From contig NC_087437.1 of the NCBI RefSeq assembly GCF_036321535.1, positions 70,248,001 through 70,312,000 of the forward strand: a stretch of 64,000 nucleotides of DNA, written 5' to 3'. The notes beneath the pieces are model-generated. The model was not told where the DNA came from, did no database searches, and saw only the letters and a program-made list of their open reading frames with translations. Made by a program: the position numbers and the translations under genes. Positions 26,991 through 39,470 of the stretch are shown one piece after another; position 1 is the stretch's first letter, and every line of letters begins with the position of its first letter. The DNA is from Camelus dromedarius (taxonomy: Eukaryota).

Positions 26991-27569
26991 TGAGCCCAGT
27001 AATTCCATTCTGAAGTGCAAGAGAATTGAAAGCATATGTTCACAAAACTTGTGCACAAATATTCATAGCAGTGTTATTCACTATAGCCAAGAAGTGAAAG
27101 AAACTCAAATCGTCTTTAACTATGAATGGATAAATAAAAGTGTGGTGTATCTATACAATGGAATATTATCCATCTGTAAAAAAGTTGGCATACTGATACA
27201 TGCTACAACTTGGATGAAACTTAAAAACATGCTAAGTGAAAGAAGTTAGACACAAAAGACCACATATTGTACAGTTCCATTCATATGAAATGTCCAAAAT
27301 GGGCAAATCCATAGAGATGGAAAGTAGATTAGTGGCTGTCAGTGGCTAGGAGAAGAGAAGATGGGGAGTGATTGTTTAGTGGGTATACTAGTTCCCTTTG
27401 CACTGATGAAATGTTCTGGAACTAGATAGTAGGTGATGTTTATACAACCTTGTGAATGTACTAAAAGCAACCTAATTGATTGCATTTACCTTCAATAGGA
27501 TTGCTTTAAAATGGTTAAAATGGTAAAGTTTATTTTAGATGAATTTTTCTCAATAGTTTATGAAAAAAT
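26991..27569 (+). mobile_element. 5'-truncated L1MB-like 3' end nested inside the older L1
   Basis: 'aatgaatgg/ataaataaaagtgtggtgtatctatacaatggaatatt', 'ggcaaatccatagagatggaaagtagattagtggctg'; flanked by aagcaaaaaaga (26976-26987) and aagcaaaaaaaga (27570-27582). Confidence 0.85.
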
Positions 27570-29786
27570 AAGCAAAAAAAGATACTAATTAGAAATGGAA
27601 AAGTAGACAAAACTGAAAGATGGAATTCTAAATACAAATGTCTGGCAATAAATTTGAAACCTATGAGATTCTAGGTATTCTAGATATTGAAATCTTTCCT
27701 AATTTCATTTAATATCTAACTCTGAAAAAGATTGTACAGAAATAAATTTTAATTCAATCTCACTTATGAAATAAATGCAAAATTTGTCTATAAAATACAT
27801 TTTAGCAAATAGTATCAGCAATGAATCAAAATAATAATGTGCTAGGACCTGGAATTTTTTTTTTGTCCTTTATAATAGAAATTCAAGCATGACTCAAAAA
27901 CAGGAAATATATCTGTATACTTTATTACATCACCAAATTAAAGGAGAAAAATTACACATTCATCTTTAATAGGATTCCTTAAATATAATAAAGTATTTCA
28001 TTTGCAGTCAACAGAAAATATATAATCTGAAATGGTTAAATCCTAAAAATACTTCAATTAATATCAGGTATTAGAAAAGGAACTATTTATCACAATTATC
28101 TAACATTAGCAAATAGGCAAATGATATAAATGACACTAACATTTGTAGAGAAGAACTTAAAAGTGTCTTTTTGGCTGGTATCTGACCTAAAATATTTTAG
28201 AACTCTAATTTAAAAATCTAGAAAAATTAGTAAGATAAATAAAAAAGGTAGCTGAATAGAAGATAATTAGATGAAAATCATTAGCTTTTCTCTGGAATGC
28301 ATAGGCATCTAGGAAACTTTTTTCCCCAATAGAAAAAAAATGTTTAAATTCCTGAAGAAACACAAATTATAAAATGCTTATTAATTATCAAGAATATTAT
28401 AGGACCTATATTTTAAAAAGGGGTAATGTTTAAAGACATAAAATAAGATCTGATTAAAGGATGCGAAATTACGTTCTTGTATGGGGAAACAAGAGCAAAA
28501 TGTTAATTTTTCCAAGGTTAATGTATTTATTTAATATAATTCCAATTAGATTCTCAGTGAGTTTTTTTTTTTGAGCTAATGTTATTTTTAAATTACATAG
28601 AAGATTGAGAGTTAATAAAAGGGAAGAAAATATGAAAAAGATCAGTGAGGAAGGATTTGCATTATACATACTAGAACATATTACAAAACCAGCTAATCGA
28701 AACAATATGGTAATAGCACAGGAAAAGATAGATCCATTAATAGAGAATCCTAAAACAGATGACAATGTAGTTTGAAAATAATAAATCATTTAATTAATGA
28801 AATTGGCTTAACAGTTTATTTTGTGGGAAAAAATGGATTCTCATTCTGCACATTATACAAAAATCGTTTAAGGTGAAAGGCTTAAATGAAAATACGAAAC
28901 AAAAAACTTGCCAAAAAAATCTGAGACCATTTGTAAAATCTTTTACCAAGAGTGAAAACTCAGAAAGTTTAAAATAAGAGTTGACATAGTTGATTGCATA
29001 AAAATCAAAACTTTTATATAAAGAATACAATAGACATCATTAACAATATAGATTTGGAAAAGTATTTGTAACTTTTACTTTCATTAATGTGATAGGTTAT
29101 TATCCAAAACCTCTTAGATATTAAGAAAAAAGTTCTGAAACAACCCAACATAAAAGGAAAAGACAATTCATAGAAAAGCAGATTCTATTGGTTAACATAG
29201 AAGATGTTCAAATTCACCAGTAATTAGCCAAATTCAAGTTTAAGTAACAGTGAGGTAATGTTTCTTATTAGCATTTAAAAATTCTGTTAGTGTGATGGGT
29301 TAACATTTATTGCCAGTGGTGATGTGGAGAAAAGGAGCTCTTACTTGTTATTGGTTGAAATATGATTTGCTTTTAACTTTTTTGAAATGCAGTCTGGTAA
29401 CACCTGTTACATCCTTTGATTGAACTATCTTATTCTTGCGTATATGTCCTGTAGAGACACAAGTATTGATATTTACGGACATATGTATTTTTTGGTTTCA
29501 AAGTTTTTACAGTTTTTTCGTAGTGGTAAAACTGGGGGAAAAGTAATTACATTAATAAGATAATGTTAATAAATAATGGAAATTCACATTATGGATTATA
29601 ATGCAGTAATTAAAAGATGTGAATTAGATGTGAATTAAAAGATGTGATTGCGTGTGAATTCAGGTGATCTGGAAGAATTTCCATAGATGTTGATGAGTGA
29701 GAAGAGCAAGTTATAGAAAGTATGTATTGTTATTAAATTTTTATAAAATAATGACCAAAATGCCTGAATATGTAGTTTATATGTAA

Positions 29787-29812
29787 TCTATCTATCTATC
29801 TATCTATATCTA
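29787..29812. repeat. (TCTA)n microsatellite
   Basis: tctatctatctatctatctatatcta. Confidence 0.85.
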
Positions 29813-30489
29813 CTTTATAGTATAGTTATCAAAGGGAGAAGAATATGGAAGAGTGGATACTAAGTTGTGAAAATGAATTACTTTAAATAGGAGAAAACAG
29901 AGGGAGAGAAGCAAAGAGCCAAGCAATAAAAGGAAAATTGCACTAAAAACATGTTCAAAATTCCACTTATGCTTTTTAATAATATTAAGAAACTGGATAT
30001 ATATACATGAAGAAACTAAATTAAAATGTTTAAAAATATTGTGGCTACTTTTTGTGATGTTTCTGAATATTGGCACCAAGGAATTTTTTTTTTCCTTTAC
30101 ATTGTTGGGTTTTGTTTTTTTTTATTTTTATCACATGCTATCAGAATTTTGTACGCATTCTAAAAAGTTTCTAGATAATTATCTAGCATTTCAGGCCAAA
30201 TAAACTTAATGATTTATAGTTTGAGATCAAATCAAATTCCATAGTTCATTCCCATGTCAGCGCTGGCATGCCTTTGATAAAGCTTCCATGGCATGTTTCA
30301 ATTTGTTTCAGTGTTTATTTTCTTTGATTAGTACCTTCTGTGTCAGTTGTTAAATATTTCTAATATTACCCCTGTCATTTTACAAATTAATTATAACAAT
30401 AATTATGCATGAATCAAACACTTGCACATAGAAGTTGCTTAATAAATACTTGCTGACTGATTGGTGTAATAGATTTTAGATACAGTAAT

Positions 30490-31260
30490 GATTTTAACAA
30501 GGTACCAAAATGTAGAAATGGTATATAAGTTTTCAACTTTACACGAGATTGTCAAATTATTTTTCCAAAACTAGTATTACCCATTTACACTCTCATTAAC
30601 AATATGTAATATATCTCTGTTGATCCATATTCCCTTTAACATGTGGTATTGTCAGATTCATTAAATTTTGCTAGCTGAATGGATTAAAAAATTTGATATC
30701 TCATTGTAGCCTTAGTTTGCTTTTTCTTATTTATCAATGAAACTGAACATGTATATGTGTTTCCTCTTCTGTAAAATAGTTAGTTGTTCATGTCCTTTGC
30801 CCATTTTCTTCTTTTAATTTTTCATGAGTGTCTTCTATTAATTTGCATGAGTTATTTGTATATTCTAGATACTAAATCTGTTTCTTCTGCTTTGTAGCTT
30901 GTCGTTTCATTTTCTGTAGGGTATTCTAATGAAAAGAAAATTCTTAATTTTTATGTGATCATACTTATCATTTTTTTCTTTTTATGGTTAGTGCTTTTTC
31001 TGTCTTCTTTTACTAAATCCTACTCTAGAACTGATTTCTGTATCTTATGTAGAGATTAAAGTTTAAGTTGCTTTCTAAAGGGATACACAATTTTCTAACT
31101 CTTTTTAATGTATTTTCTTGTCTTTCCTCAGTGATTTGCCCTGATACCTCTTGTATAGCAAGAGTCCATATAAATGAGGCTCTGTGCCAATAATACATTT
31201 TCTTAATTACTAGAGTTTTATAATATGTCCTTATGTGTGGTAGGGAGAGTCCCCCAGAAT
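30490..31260 (-). mobile_element. L1ME-like ORF2 3' fragment
   Basis: 'ccatttacactctcattaacaatatgta', 'ctcattgtagccttagtttgc', 'ttcatgtcctttgcccatttt', 'tatattctagatactaa'. Confidence 0.75.
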
Positions 31261-31739
31261 TCATCTTTTTAATTCTACCTTTTCCTTAAATGTCAGTATC
31301 CCCCACCCAGCTTAATTTTAATTTATGCTTCATTCTTTATTTTTATATGCAACCTACTTATCAATACATATATATTTTTAAAATATCTTCAAGTTTATCC
31401 AAAACATGTTTTATAATAACTGCTTATTTTGGCTTGCAGTTTATTGATGATGCCAGCCTATGAAACTTAAAAGCAGAAAAACAACAAAATACAATGCCAA
31501 TCTTGTACTATTCAAACTAATTCAATTTGAATGATGCTCTAAATTCGATTATTTATTTTAGGATTCCAAGTTGATGTCATAATTTCTTAGTTTAACAAAA
31601 TAAAAACTGTATACTATTCACTTACATTGGTTTTAACAGTTTTTAATAAATCTAAATCTAAATTACCCCATGGAATCTCTTTCATTCAGGGATTATTATT
31701 ATCATCGTTAGCTAAGTCTTTTCATATGGCATTCATAAA

Positions 31740-31900
31740 TGCCGGAGATTGTTTAAGTACTTAACATTTTTTAACTCATTGGTTTTTTACGAGTCCACGA
31801 GGTAGTTAATATTATTATCCCCATTTTACAGATGAGAAAACAAAGACTGAGAGAAGTTAAGTAGCTTGGTAGCTCACTTATTAGGGGTTCAGATGGTAAG
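31740..31900 (-). mobile_element. MIR SINE fragment
   Basis: 'attattatccccattttacagatgagaaaacaaagactgagagaagttaagtagcttg'. Confidence 0.85.
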
Positions 31901-32539
31901 TCCAGTTGGTATGAAGAAATGTTTCTTTGTGAAAACTTCACTGAGTTATCCTTCAACAGAACTAATTTTATGATAGTTAAATACTTCAGCCTTCCCTCAG
32001 TTCTGCCTTAGAGCGAAACATTTTTATTCACGAGAATCAGTTAAACATTAACATCAAAGCCATCGCAAGAGAGAATGGAAGATACAAACTACATAACCTT
32101 GAAGAAATATATAAAATTGCCTTGGAAATGGGGGATTAAATGTATAGATACCAGTTTTGAGTAGTAAGTTGAATGTATATGTGACATGGCATCAGATCTC
32201 TGGTCTTATTTTGCTTTGGCTGGTGGAACCTCCCTTACTCATTTGCCTTTTTTCCCTTTTCAGGTGTCCAGAGCTTGTCTAGTAGTGTATTTGTCAGAGG
32301 ATTGACAAGTATTCTGCTTAATGTTTCTAGTAAAGACACACTTTTGACAATTTAATCTGTTTCCATGCTTAATCCTTTGTGTTTTTAGAATGCTTACTTC
32401 TTTTGTTTTCTATTCTCTGTGTCTTGTTTTGATTTTTAAAATAAAAATGTACAATCAGGTAAATAATTATATGTTTTACTAATAAGTCTTATATTAAAAT
32501 ATATTCAACTATTAATATGCTAGTCTAGATATTGGTATT

Positions 32540-33060
32540 TGTTAAATTATGTGAAAGGCAGATGTTAGGGAGAAAGGTTTCTGTGGGATGGAATGAAAAT
32601 AGAGACCTACAAAAATTTTGAGATGATGACAAAGAACTGATATATGAGTCTCCTAATTCTTCTATGGTATCCTGACCAGGTATCTTAAGGGAATATAGAT
32701 TTAAGAAAGTAGAAGAAAGAACCTTCACTGACCTGGAGTGGATGCAATAGGGAGAGGTGTATGATGACACAGCACATAGAACTAACCTGTGATCACTTGG
32801 AAAGGAGCAAGAGTTAGAATTTTATGGACAATCATGCATGTTTTTCCCAATGATTGGAATTTTGAGGTAAATTAGTCAGACTTGACCTTTTAACTGATAC
32901 ATTTTTGCCTCAAGAGTAGGTGTTTGATGTCGAAATCAGTGTTTAGAGAAGAAAAATTTTAGAGGCATAAGTTGTAGTTGGAAATTGATCTAGCTATGTG
33001 AATGTAGGCTAGTGAAAGGGTGATTGGCAGTAGTGGATGGACATTGAGGTATTTAAAATG
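32540..33060 (-). mobile_element. Possible L2 internal fragment
   Basis: purine-rich 'agttagaattttatggac', 'gggtgattggcagtagtggatggacattgaggtattt'; very degenerate. Confidence 0.35.
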
Positions 33061-33816
33061 GAATATAACCTGTAAGGGACAGAAACATATTACTCAGACT
33101 ATGTAGCAATTGTAGAATTGTGTGCTCAGAAGGAGCAAAGAATGTGTATTTTCATATATAGATTCATGCTTTTAAAACTTCAACTGGGCCTTTTGTTTCA
33201 TGATGAAAATGGACACAGTTCAGTGGGGCATTGTTCACATTTTTTTTCAATGAAGGTGTTTTAGATATGCTTACATTTGCTGAATGGCCAGCTTCTAATG
33301 GTCTTTACCTTCAACAGTTAGATGGGAAACTTAGGTGAGATTCTAAATGTGCAGAAGAATTCTCCAAGATTTAGAAACATACAGTTTCATTAAGATATAA
33401 AAAGGATCACTAAACTTGACAAAGTCACTTTATATTCTAATTTAAAGTTTCAAAAATCTAAAACTAGGAAAACTTTCTTAAGCACACAAAGGTACTTAAT
33501 GGGAAATTTTAAATTTTTTTACTGTATTAAATATTTTACTGTAAAAATAAACTTTGAGCTTTCAAAATAAACTGAGACTTGGTGATACTGAAATTTTGCA
33601 AGTAGTACAAACTGTTCTTTCTTTAGATGCTTATTGGAATAATGCAAGGTTAGTGATTATGTGAATTTAAACATGATAAAATTAATCTTATGTTCCTCCA
33701 AAATAAACCTGTTTTTAGAAACTATAATCTTAATGAAGCTTTACAATATTTTTTGCCCTACTTCTTTGTGTCAAACAAAAAAAGTTGGAAAATAATTCAT
33801 TGTCCTCCTTCCGCAT

Positions 33817-33975
33817 GGGCAATAGCTCCATTGGTTAAATAATATAGGCTATCTCACTAACAGATTTTCACTATGTTATCCTTGATTCTTGTATTTATTT
33901 GCTTCACAGTCAGGAATCTTTCTGGTTCAAGTCTCAATGGATAACAGACTGAAAATACTGCTTTCATCCTTTCTT
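33817..33975 (+). mobile_element. Ancient tRNA-derived SINE head (MamSINE1-like)
   Basis: Pol III A-box-like tagctccattgg (33823-33834) and B-box-like ggttcaagtct (33924-33934); family assignment from memory. Confidence 0.45.
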
Positions 33976-34676
33976 TTTCCTTTTTCCAAAGATGGTTCTA
34001 TTCTTTAACTAAAATTAGTTCAATCACTATAGGTTAAAAAAAAAAAGAATGGAGGTGGCAATAGGTAAAATATGAAAGGTAAAATGCGAATTATTGAAAT
34101 TGTATAAAGGGTACAAGAGTGCATTCATTATACACTATTTTTTAATGCTTGAAATTTTTTATAATGAAAAGAGTTTTTAAATACAGTAAGAAAAATAAAA
34201 TTAACTCAACTAACAGATGGGCTTGTTGCCCAGTTGTAACTAGAAATGAATTCAGGAAATTTCAGAACACAGACTATAAAATTGACCTTATCTCAACAGG
34301 TTATAATTTTATGTTATTTAGTGTGGTCAGTCAGGCTTTAAAGTACTTTGAATTATTATGCATGTTAAAGGCAAAAGCTCAGGTCTAAAACTAACAGAGA
34401 ACCCTTTCATCACTCCCCATTAATTCTGAAGTTTCATCCCTTTTCAAATCTCTGTCTATTTTTTTCTCTTCTGGTTAAAGCCATCTTTAAATTGTGGCTG
34501 TTCCTTGCCATGCTAGTTAGAAAACTTGAGTCTGACTGAAAGATTTTCCATTTTGTCACGTTTTTCTTGTTTGGTTTTTTTTTTGTCATTGTTGTTGTTG
34601 TTGTTTGTTGTTGTTTTGTTTTTTCTTCTTCAGTGTACTAAATTACTGCCTTAAGTCAAACATGGTCTCTTATGCC

Positions 34677-34790
34677 AGTGTGTTATATTAGAAAGAGCAC
34701 TGGATTGGGAGTCATAAGTTATTAGTCCCAGCTTTCTTATGAACTAGCTTGATGACTCTATACATTTATTTTACTCCTTAAAGCTTTCTA
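34677..34790 (+). mobile_element. MIR 5' half
   Basis: 'agaaagagcactggattgggagtcataag...tagtcccagctt'. Confidence 0.65.
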
Positions 34791-34991
34791 ATTATAAGTT
34801 GTCTTCAATTTCTCATTTGGGGATTTTTAACTATTCAAAGCTATATATATTTTAAAAATACCTTTCCTGGATGAAGGTACTGTAACACTGTATTTTGCCC
34901 CTGTCTGACTTTAACTCATTCTGATAATATCATCCCCTTTAAGTCTTCATTTTGTATGGTTGCATTCCCAAAACAACTCCTATTGACTTTT

Positions 34992-36692
34992 TTAATTGAA
35001 TTTTTTTCAAATAGATGTTATATTTTAAAAACAATTTTAGATTTACAGAAAAATGGAGAACTTATGGAAAGTTCTCATATATCCCATACTCATTTTTTTT
35101 TGTATTAGTATGGAATTAATGAACCAGTATTAACATATTATTATTAACTAAAACACATGGTTTACTCAGATTTCCTTAGTTTTTACCTAATGCTTTTTCC
35201 TATTCCAAGATCCTTTCCAGGATACCACATTACATTTAAAGACTTCATAGTTTTAGAGGAGTTTTAAATTTACAATAAAATTGAGAGGAAGGTATAGAGA
35301 GTTCCCATATACCCTCCTCCATTACTAATATCACTCACCAGAATAGTGCATTTTTTTACCAAAGATGAACCTATGTTGACACATCGTAATCACCCAAAGT
35401 CCATTTTTTATTTTAGGATTCACTTTTGGGGTTGTATATTTTATAGGTTTGGACAAATGTACAATGTCATCTACCCATCATTACAATATTATACAGAGTA
35501 TTTTCACTGCCCTAAAAATCCTCTGTGCTCTGCCTTTCATCTCCTTAACCTCTTTACCTTTGCTGGCAACCATTGATTTTTTTACTGTCTCCATACTTTT
35601 GTCTTTTTCAGAGTATTGTATAGTTGAAATCATACAGTATGTAACCTTTTCAGATTGGCTTCTTTCACTTATTAATACGTATTTAAGATTCCTCCATGTC
35701 TTTCCATGGCTCGATAACTTACTTCTTTCTAGCACAGAATAATGTTCCATTGTCTGGATATATCATAGTTATTTATCCATTCCCCTACTGAAGGACATCT
35801 TGGTTATTTCCAAGTTTTGGCAATTATGAATAAAGTTACTGTAAACATCTGTGTGCAGGGTTTTTTTGTTGACATAAGTTTTCAGCTTCTTTGGGTGAAA
35901 ACCAAAGAGCATGATTGCTAGATTGTATGGTAAAGAGTATGTTTAATTTTGTAAGAAACCACCAAATTATCTTCCAAAGTAGCTCTACCATTTTGCATTA
36001 TCACCAGCAATACGTGAGTTCCTGTTTTTCCACATCCCTTGCTAGCATTTGATGTTGTTAGTGTTCTGGATTTTGGCCCTTCTAACAGGTGTGTAGTGGC
36101 ATCTGGTAGTCTTAATTTGCATTTCTCTGAAGACATATAATATGGAGCATCTTTTCATATGCTTATCTGCCATCTATGTATCTACTTTGGTAAGGTATTT
36201 GTTAAGTTCTTTGGCCTATTTTTTAATTGGGTTGTTTATATTCTTATTGTTAAGTTTTAAGAGTTCTTTGTATATTTTGGGTAACAGTCCTTAATCTGGT
36301 GTATCTTTTGCAAATATTTTCTCTTGACACTGTCTTTTTCAAAGCAGAAGTTTTTAATTTTAATTTTAACGGAGTCCAGATTATTGGCTTATTGTGGGGA
36401 CCTCCTTATGACTGGACCCCTGGGATTTTTTAACTCAGAATTGTTCACAGTAAGTCTCTAGCAATTGGTCGATTACAGTCCAGGTTTTCTTACCCTGGCA
36501 GTGCTTTCTGTGACAATATCTGCTCATGAGTCTGTGTTCCAGAAAACGGTGACTCCTTGTATTCACCTGTCTCTCCAATCTTATGGATCTAAGAAGAATC
36601 AATGATTTTTCAGTCTGTTGAGCTTTTTACTTTTTAGGAGAGAATGGCAACTTCCAAGCTCCTTATGTGTGGAACCAGAAACTGGAAGCCTA
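34992..36692 (-). mobile_element. L1MC/L1MD-like element: 3' UTR plus end of ORF2 joined to an L1 5' end; TSD-bounded
   Basis: 34992-36385 classical L1MC-type 3' region; 36390-36690 L1 5' terminal-like ending 'ccagaaactggaagcc'; flanks tcctattgactttt (34978-34991) and tcctattgaatttt (36693-36706). Confidence 0.8.
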
Positions 36693-36969
36693 TCCTATTG
36701 AATTTTATTAATTAAATGCCATATACAAATCCGATCCTTATTAGTAACTGTAAATAAGTAATTGACAATGTAGTGGCTCTCTCTCTCACTCCACCCCCTT
36801 TTCTCCCTCTCTCTCTCCCTCAGTAATCTCTTTCAGAATGATGATGTTGAGTAAAATAAAAGCAACAAATCAAGAAATTGAAATATTTGAGAACTACTTC
36901 ATTCAATTTAGAACTGTTAAATAAGAGGTTGACACTTAGGTAAAGTAGAAATAAGCACAGAAACACAAG

Positions 36970-37430
36970 CTAAGATTTATTAAATGCTTGCTATGTGCCT
37001 GACCTTATTGAGTTTGGCATTTGAAAGTTTGTACTCTAGAATTAGTCTGCTGGGTTTAAATCCTAGTTCTGGTGGACTACTTGTGGGACCTTGGACTCCA
37101 TGATTCTCGTTTGTAAAAAATTTAATAATAGTATATAGGGCTTTGTGATGATTAAATGAGATAATATAAGTAAAATGTTTAACATTGTGTCTGTCATATG
37201 GTAAAATACTTGAGAAATGCTAGTTATTACCAACACTTGGATTAGCTCATTTTAATCAGCACAAAAACTCTTGTGCTTTAGGTGCTTTTATTTGCCCATT
37301 TTTAAGAAGAGGACAAAAGGTTTAATGATATTAAGGGATTTGTCTAAAGTAGGAGGGCCAAGATTTATTTGAACTTGAGCAGTCAAATTAGTACCCATGT
37401 AATTTTAACTTTTATGCTCTATTTCTTCCT
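36970..37430 (-). mobile_element. MIR (minus) split by a nested plus-strand MIR
   Basis: tail 'atttattaaatgcttgctatgtgcc' at ~36975, continuation 'ggattagctcattttaatc...gcccatttttaagaagagg...tttgaacttgagcagtc' after 37235. Confidence 0.6.
37012..37232 (+). mobile_element. MIR SINE
   Basis: 'ctgggtttaaatcctagttctg...tgtgatgattaaatgagataatataagtaaaatgtttaacattgtgtctg...aaatgctagttatta'. Confidence 0.8.
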
Positions 37431-37780
37431 AATTAGTAAGAAACAGATACAAGACAGGCTAAGGGCTCAAAGAAATGATTCTTTAAGTGTGATCTCGAGA
37501 GTCTTGTAGTCATTGACGTTATTAATCAGCTCTTCTTTCAGAATTGGTTAGCTGAAATGATGATCTTATTTTAATGCACCACCCAATATTTTAGACATAC
37601 CTATTTTTATGAAATTATTTTTTATTAATAATTATTTTATTAAGATATTTTATAAGTACAAAAATAATTTATGTATTATATAGAAAGTATTGAAAATACA
37701 AAAAAGTATCCAGAAACAAAGTGATTTCAGTACTCAGAGACAACTGCTTTTTTTAAGATTATGTGCACTTTTTATTAACA

Positions 37781-38072
37781 TTTTTTCCCAGCTTTACTGA
37801 AGTATGATTGACAAATAAAAACTGAATATATTTAGCTTGTACAACATGATTTTTTAAGGTATACAACATGATAATTTAATATATGTATACATTGTAAAAT
37901 GATTACCATAACCAAGTTAATTAACATATCTATCCCCTTACATAGTTACTTTTTTTTTCCTTTGTGGTAACACTTAAGATTTACTGTCTTAGTAAATTAC
38001 AAGTATACAATACAGTATTATTAACTATAATCACCATGCTGTACATTAGCTCCCCAGAACTTATTAATCTTG
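37781..38072 (-). mobile_element. L1MA9-like 3' end
   Basis: 'cagctttactgaagtatgattgacaaataaaaactg', 'acattgtaaaatgattacc', 'accatgctgtacattagctccccagaacttatt'. Confidence 0.85.
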
Positions 38073-38499
38073 TAGTATCATTTAGGAAGAAATAAATTGA
38101 TTACTGAGGAAATTTAGTATATTACTAAAAGGTATAAAACTATACTCTAAATTTTATTTAAAAGTCATTACCCACCTTGAACGGTCATACTAGCTATTAC
38201 AAGTTTTTATATAAGCATATCTTCTTTAATTCAGTGTTTTTTTTTTTCATAGAAAGCTATTTTCTTGGACTGTATTATGAAAGTATTTGGCTTCACTAAC
38301 CAAATTCTCAGATTCTAGAATCACTAGTGATAATAATGTGAATATGTCCTTCATTTTCATAAATACTTCACTTTGAGCCTAGGTAAATAGTTTAATAATA
38401 TTTGTAATCATTAAATATATCACTTTCTTAGTGTAAAACATTCTGTGTTAGTTCTGGCTCAGACGTTTTTTTTTTCAGTAGCTGGGGAACCAGGCTTGA

Positions 38500-38705
38500 T
38501 TGAATGGTAGGTGTAAGTTCAGTTTTGTAACTGTACTTCTTGCAAGATCTTGTACAAATTATTTACTCTTTCTGAAGCTCAGTTTATTTCTGTGAAAAAT
38601 TAGGATGACGTCAAATTACTTCGTAGGGTGGCAGTAAGGATTAAATTCAGTAATGTGAAGAAAGTTTTTAAGTTGTTATGTGATGGGCAAAATATAAATT
38701 GTTGA
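38500..38705 (+). mobile_element. MIR fragment
   Basis: 'ctcagtttatttctgtgaaaaattaggatga...ttcgtagggtggcagtaaggattaaattcagtaatgtg'. Confidence 0.6.
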
Positions 38706-38799
38706 TGTGAATCATTACTAGCTAGAAGAGATCTAAAATGCAAAAAAGTTGAGAAATTCTTGGTTTAGGAATGAAAGGAGGAAACAGATTATCATTTAA

Positions 38800-38995
38800 T
38801 GATTTTTGCTTGGGTCGAACACTTTATATTTGTTCTCATTGAATAGTTTTGCCCCATTTTTCCTATTGAGGAAACTGAAATCTTGGAAAATGAGTAACTG
38901 GGTTTTTACATCTAGTGAATGTGGTTGCTTGATTCAAATCCAGGCTTGTTTGACTTTAAAGCCCATGTTCTTTCTACCAAAACACTGTGCTTCCT
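38800..38995 (-). mobile_element. MIR fragment
   Basis: 'ccccatttttcctattgaggaaactgaa...gattcaaatccaggcttgtttgactttaaagcccatgttctttc'. Confidence 0.75.
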
Positions 38996-39135
38996 GTACA
39001 CTTCGAGATGCAGTGTACCATCCATGGATAATTAAGAGTAACATGAAAAGCTAATCTTTCAGGTTCTCATTAAGATACAATGATGCTTTATATTTATTAT
39101 TCCTCCTTTTACTTTCTCTAAATATTTCAAAATGA

Positions 39136-39470
39136 TTTTTTTTTTTTTTTAGAATGAAGGTAGATTTATTCAGAGTGAGATACACACTCCATAGATGTCT
39201 AGAGTGTAGGCTTCTCAGAAAGCCAGAGAGGGCCTGGGGCCAGGGAGGTGGTGTGGTTAGTTAAAGTAAAAGTACATACACAGTCCATAGACAGACTGCG
39301 GGCAGTCTTTAAAGGTGAGAGAGAGCCAGAGGCTTAAGAGATAAACATTCCATAGGCAGAATGCGGGCCATCTCCAGAGGCAGGTGAGAGGCCAGAGGCA
39401 AGAGGTGAGAGGCCAGAGGCAAGAGTTAAGAGGTGAGAGGCAAGAGGCTGCAACCTCAGAGCATGGGGTC
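39136..39470 (-). mobile_element. ERV LTR-like fragment ending in a poly(A) tail, with internal tandem repeats
   Basis: T15 at 39136-39150, TTTATT at 39165-39170; three ~50-bp related units (ccatag...gcggg/gtagg...gagag) at ~39183, ~39279, ~39344, then gaggc(a/c)agag repeats. Confidence 0.6.

Larger units (their letters stand above)
24650..29990 (+). mobile_element. Long ancient L1M copy (ORF1, inter-ORF, ORF2 and 3' remnants), sense to host gene
   Basis: ORF1-like 'gctgaaatatgaatcagtgaactgaaagac', 'gaatctagaagacagtggaatgacatct'; EN-like 'caattattacgtttaatgtggtggactaaatt'; later ORF2 blocks in colinear order; strong A bias; all frames broken. Confidence 0.8.

Noticed and set aside
27049..27249. 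66-aa ORF with L1 ORF2 C-terminal flavour (also 31025-31264, 35346-36136)
   Set aside because: Fragments of L1 fossils, not host genes
29608..29660. Short tandem copies of aattaaaagatgtg
   Set aside because: Local slippage within an L1 fossil; no sign of function
33817..33940. tRNA gene
   Set aside because: A/B-box spacing too long and no cloverleaf stems evident; treated as SINE relic
39180..39450. Repeat-spacer-like pattern suggestive of a CRISPR-type array
   Set aside because: Units are degenerate, variable in length, without unique constant-length spacers; mammalian LTR context, no cas genes
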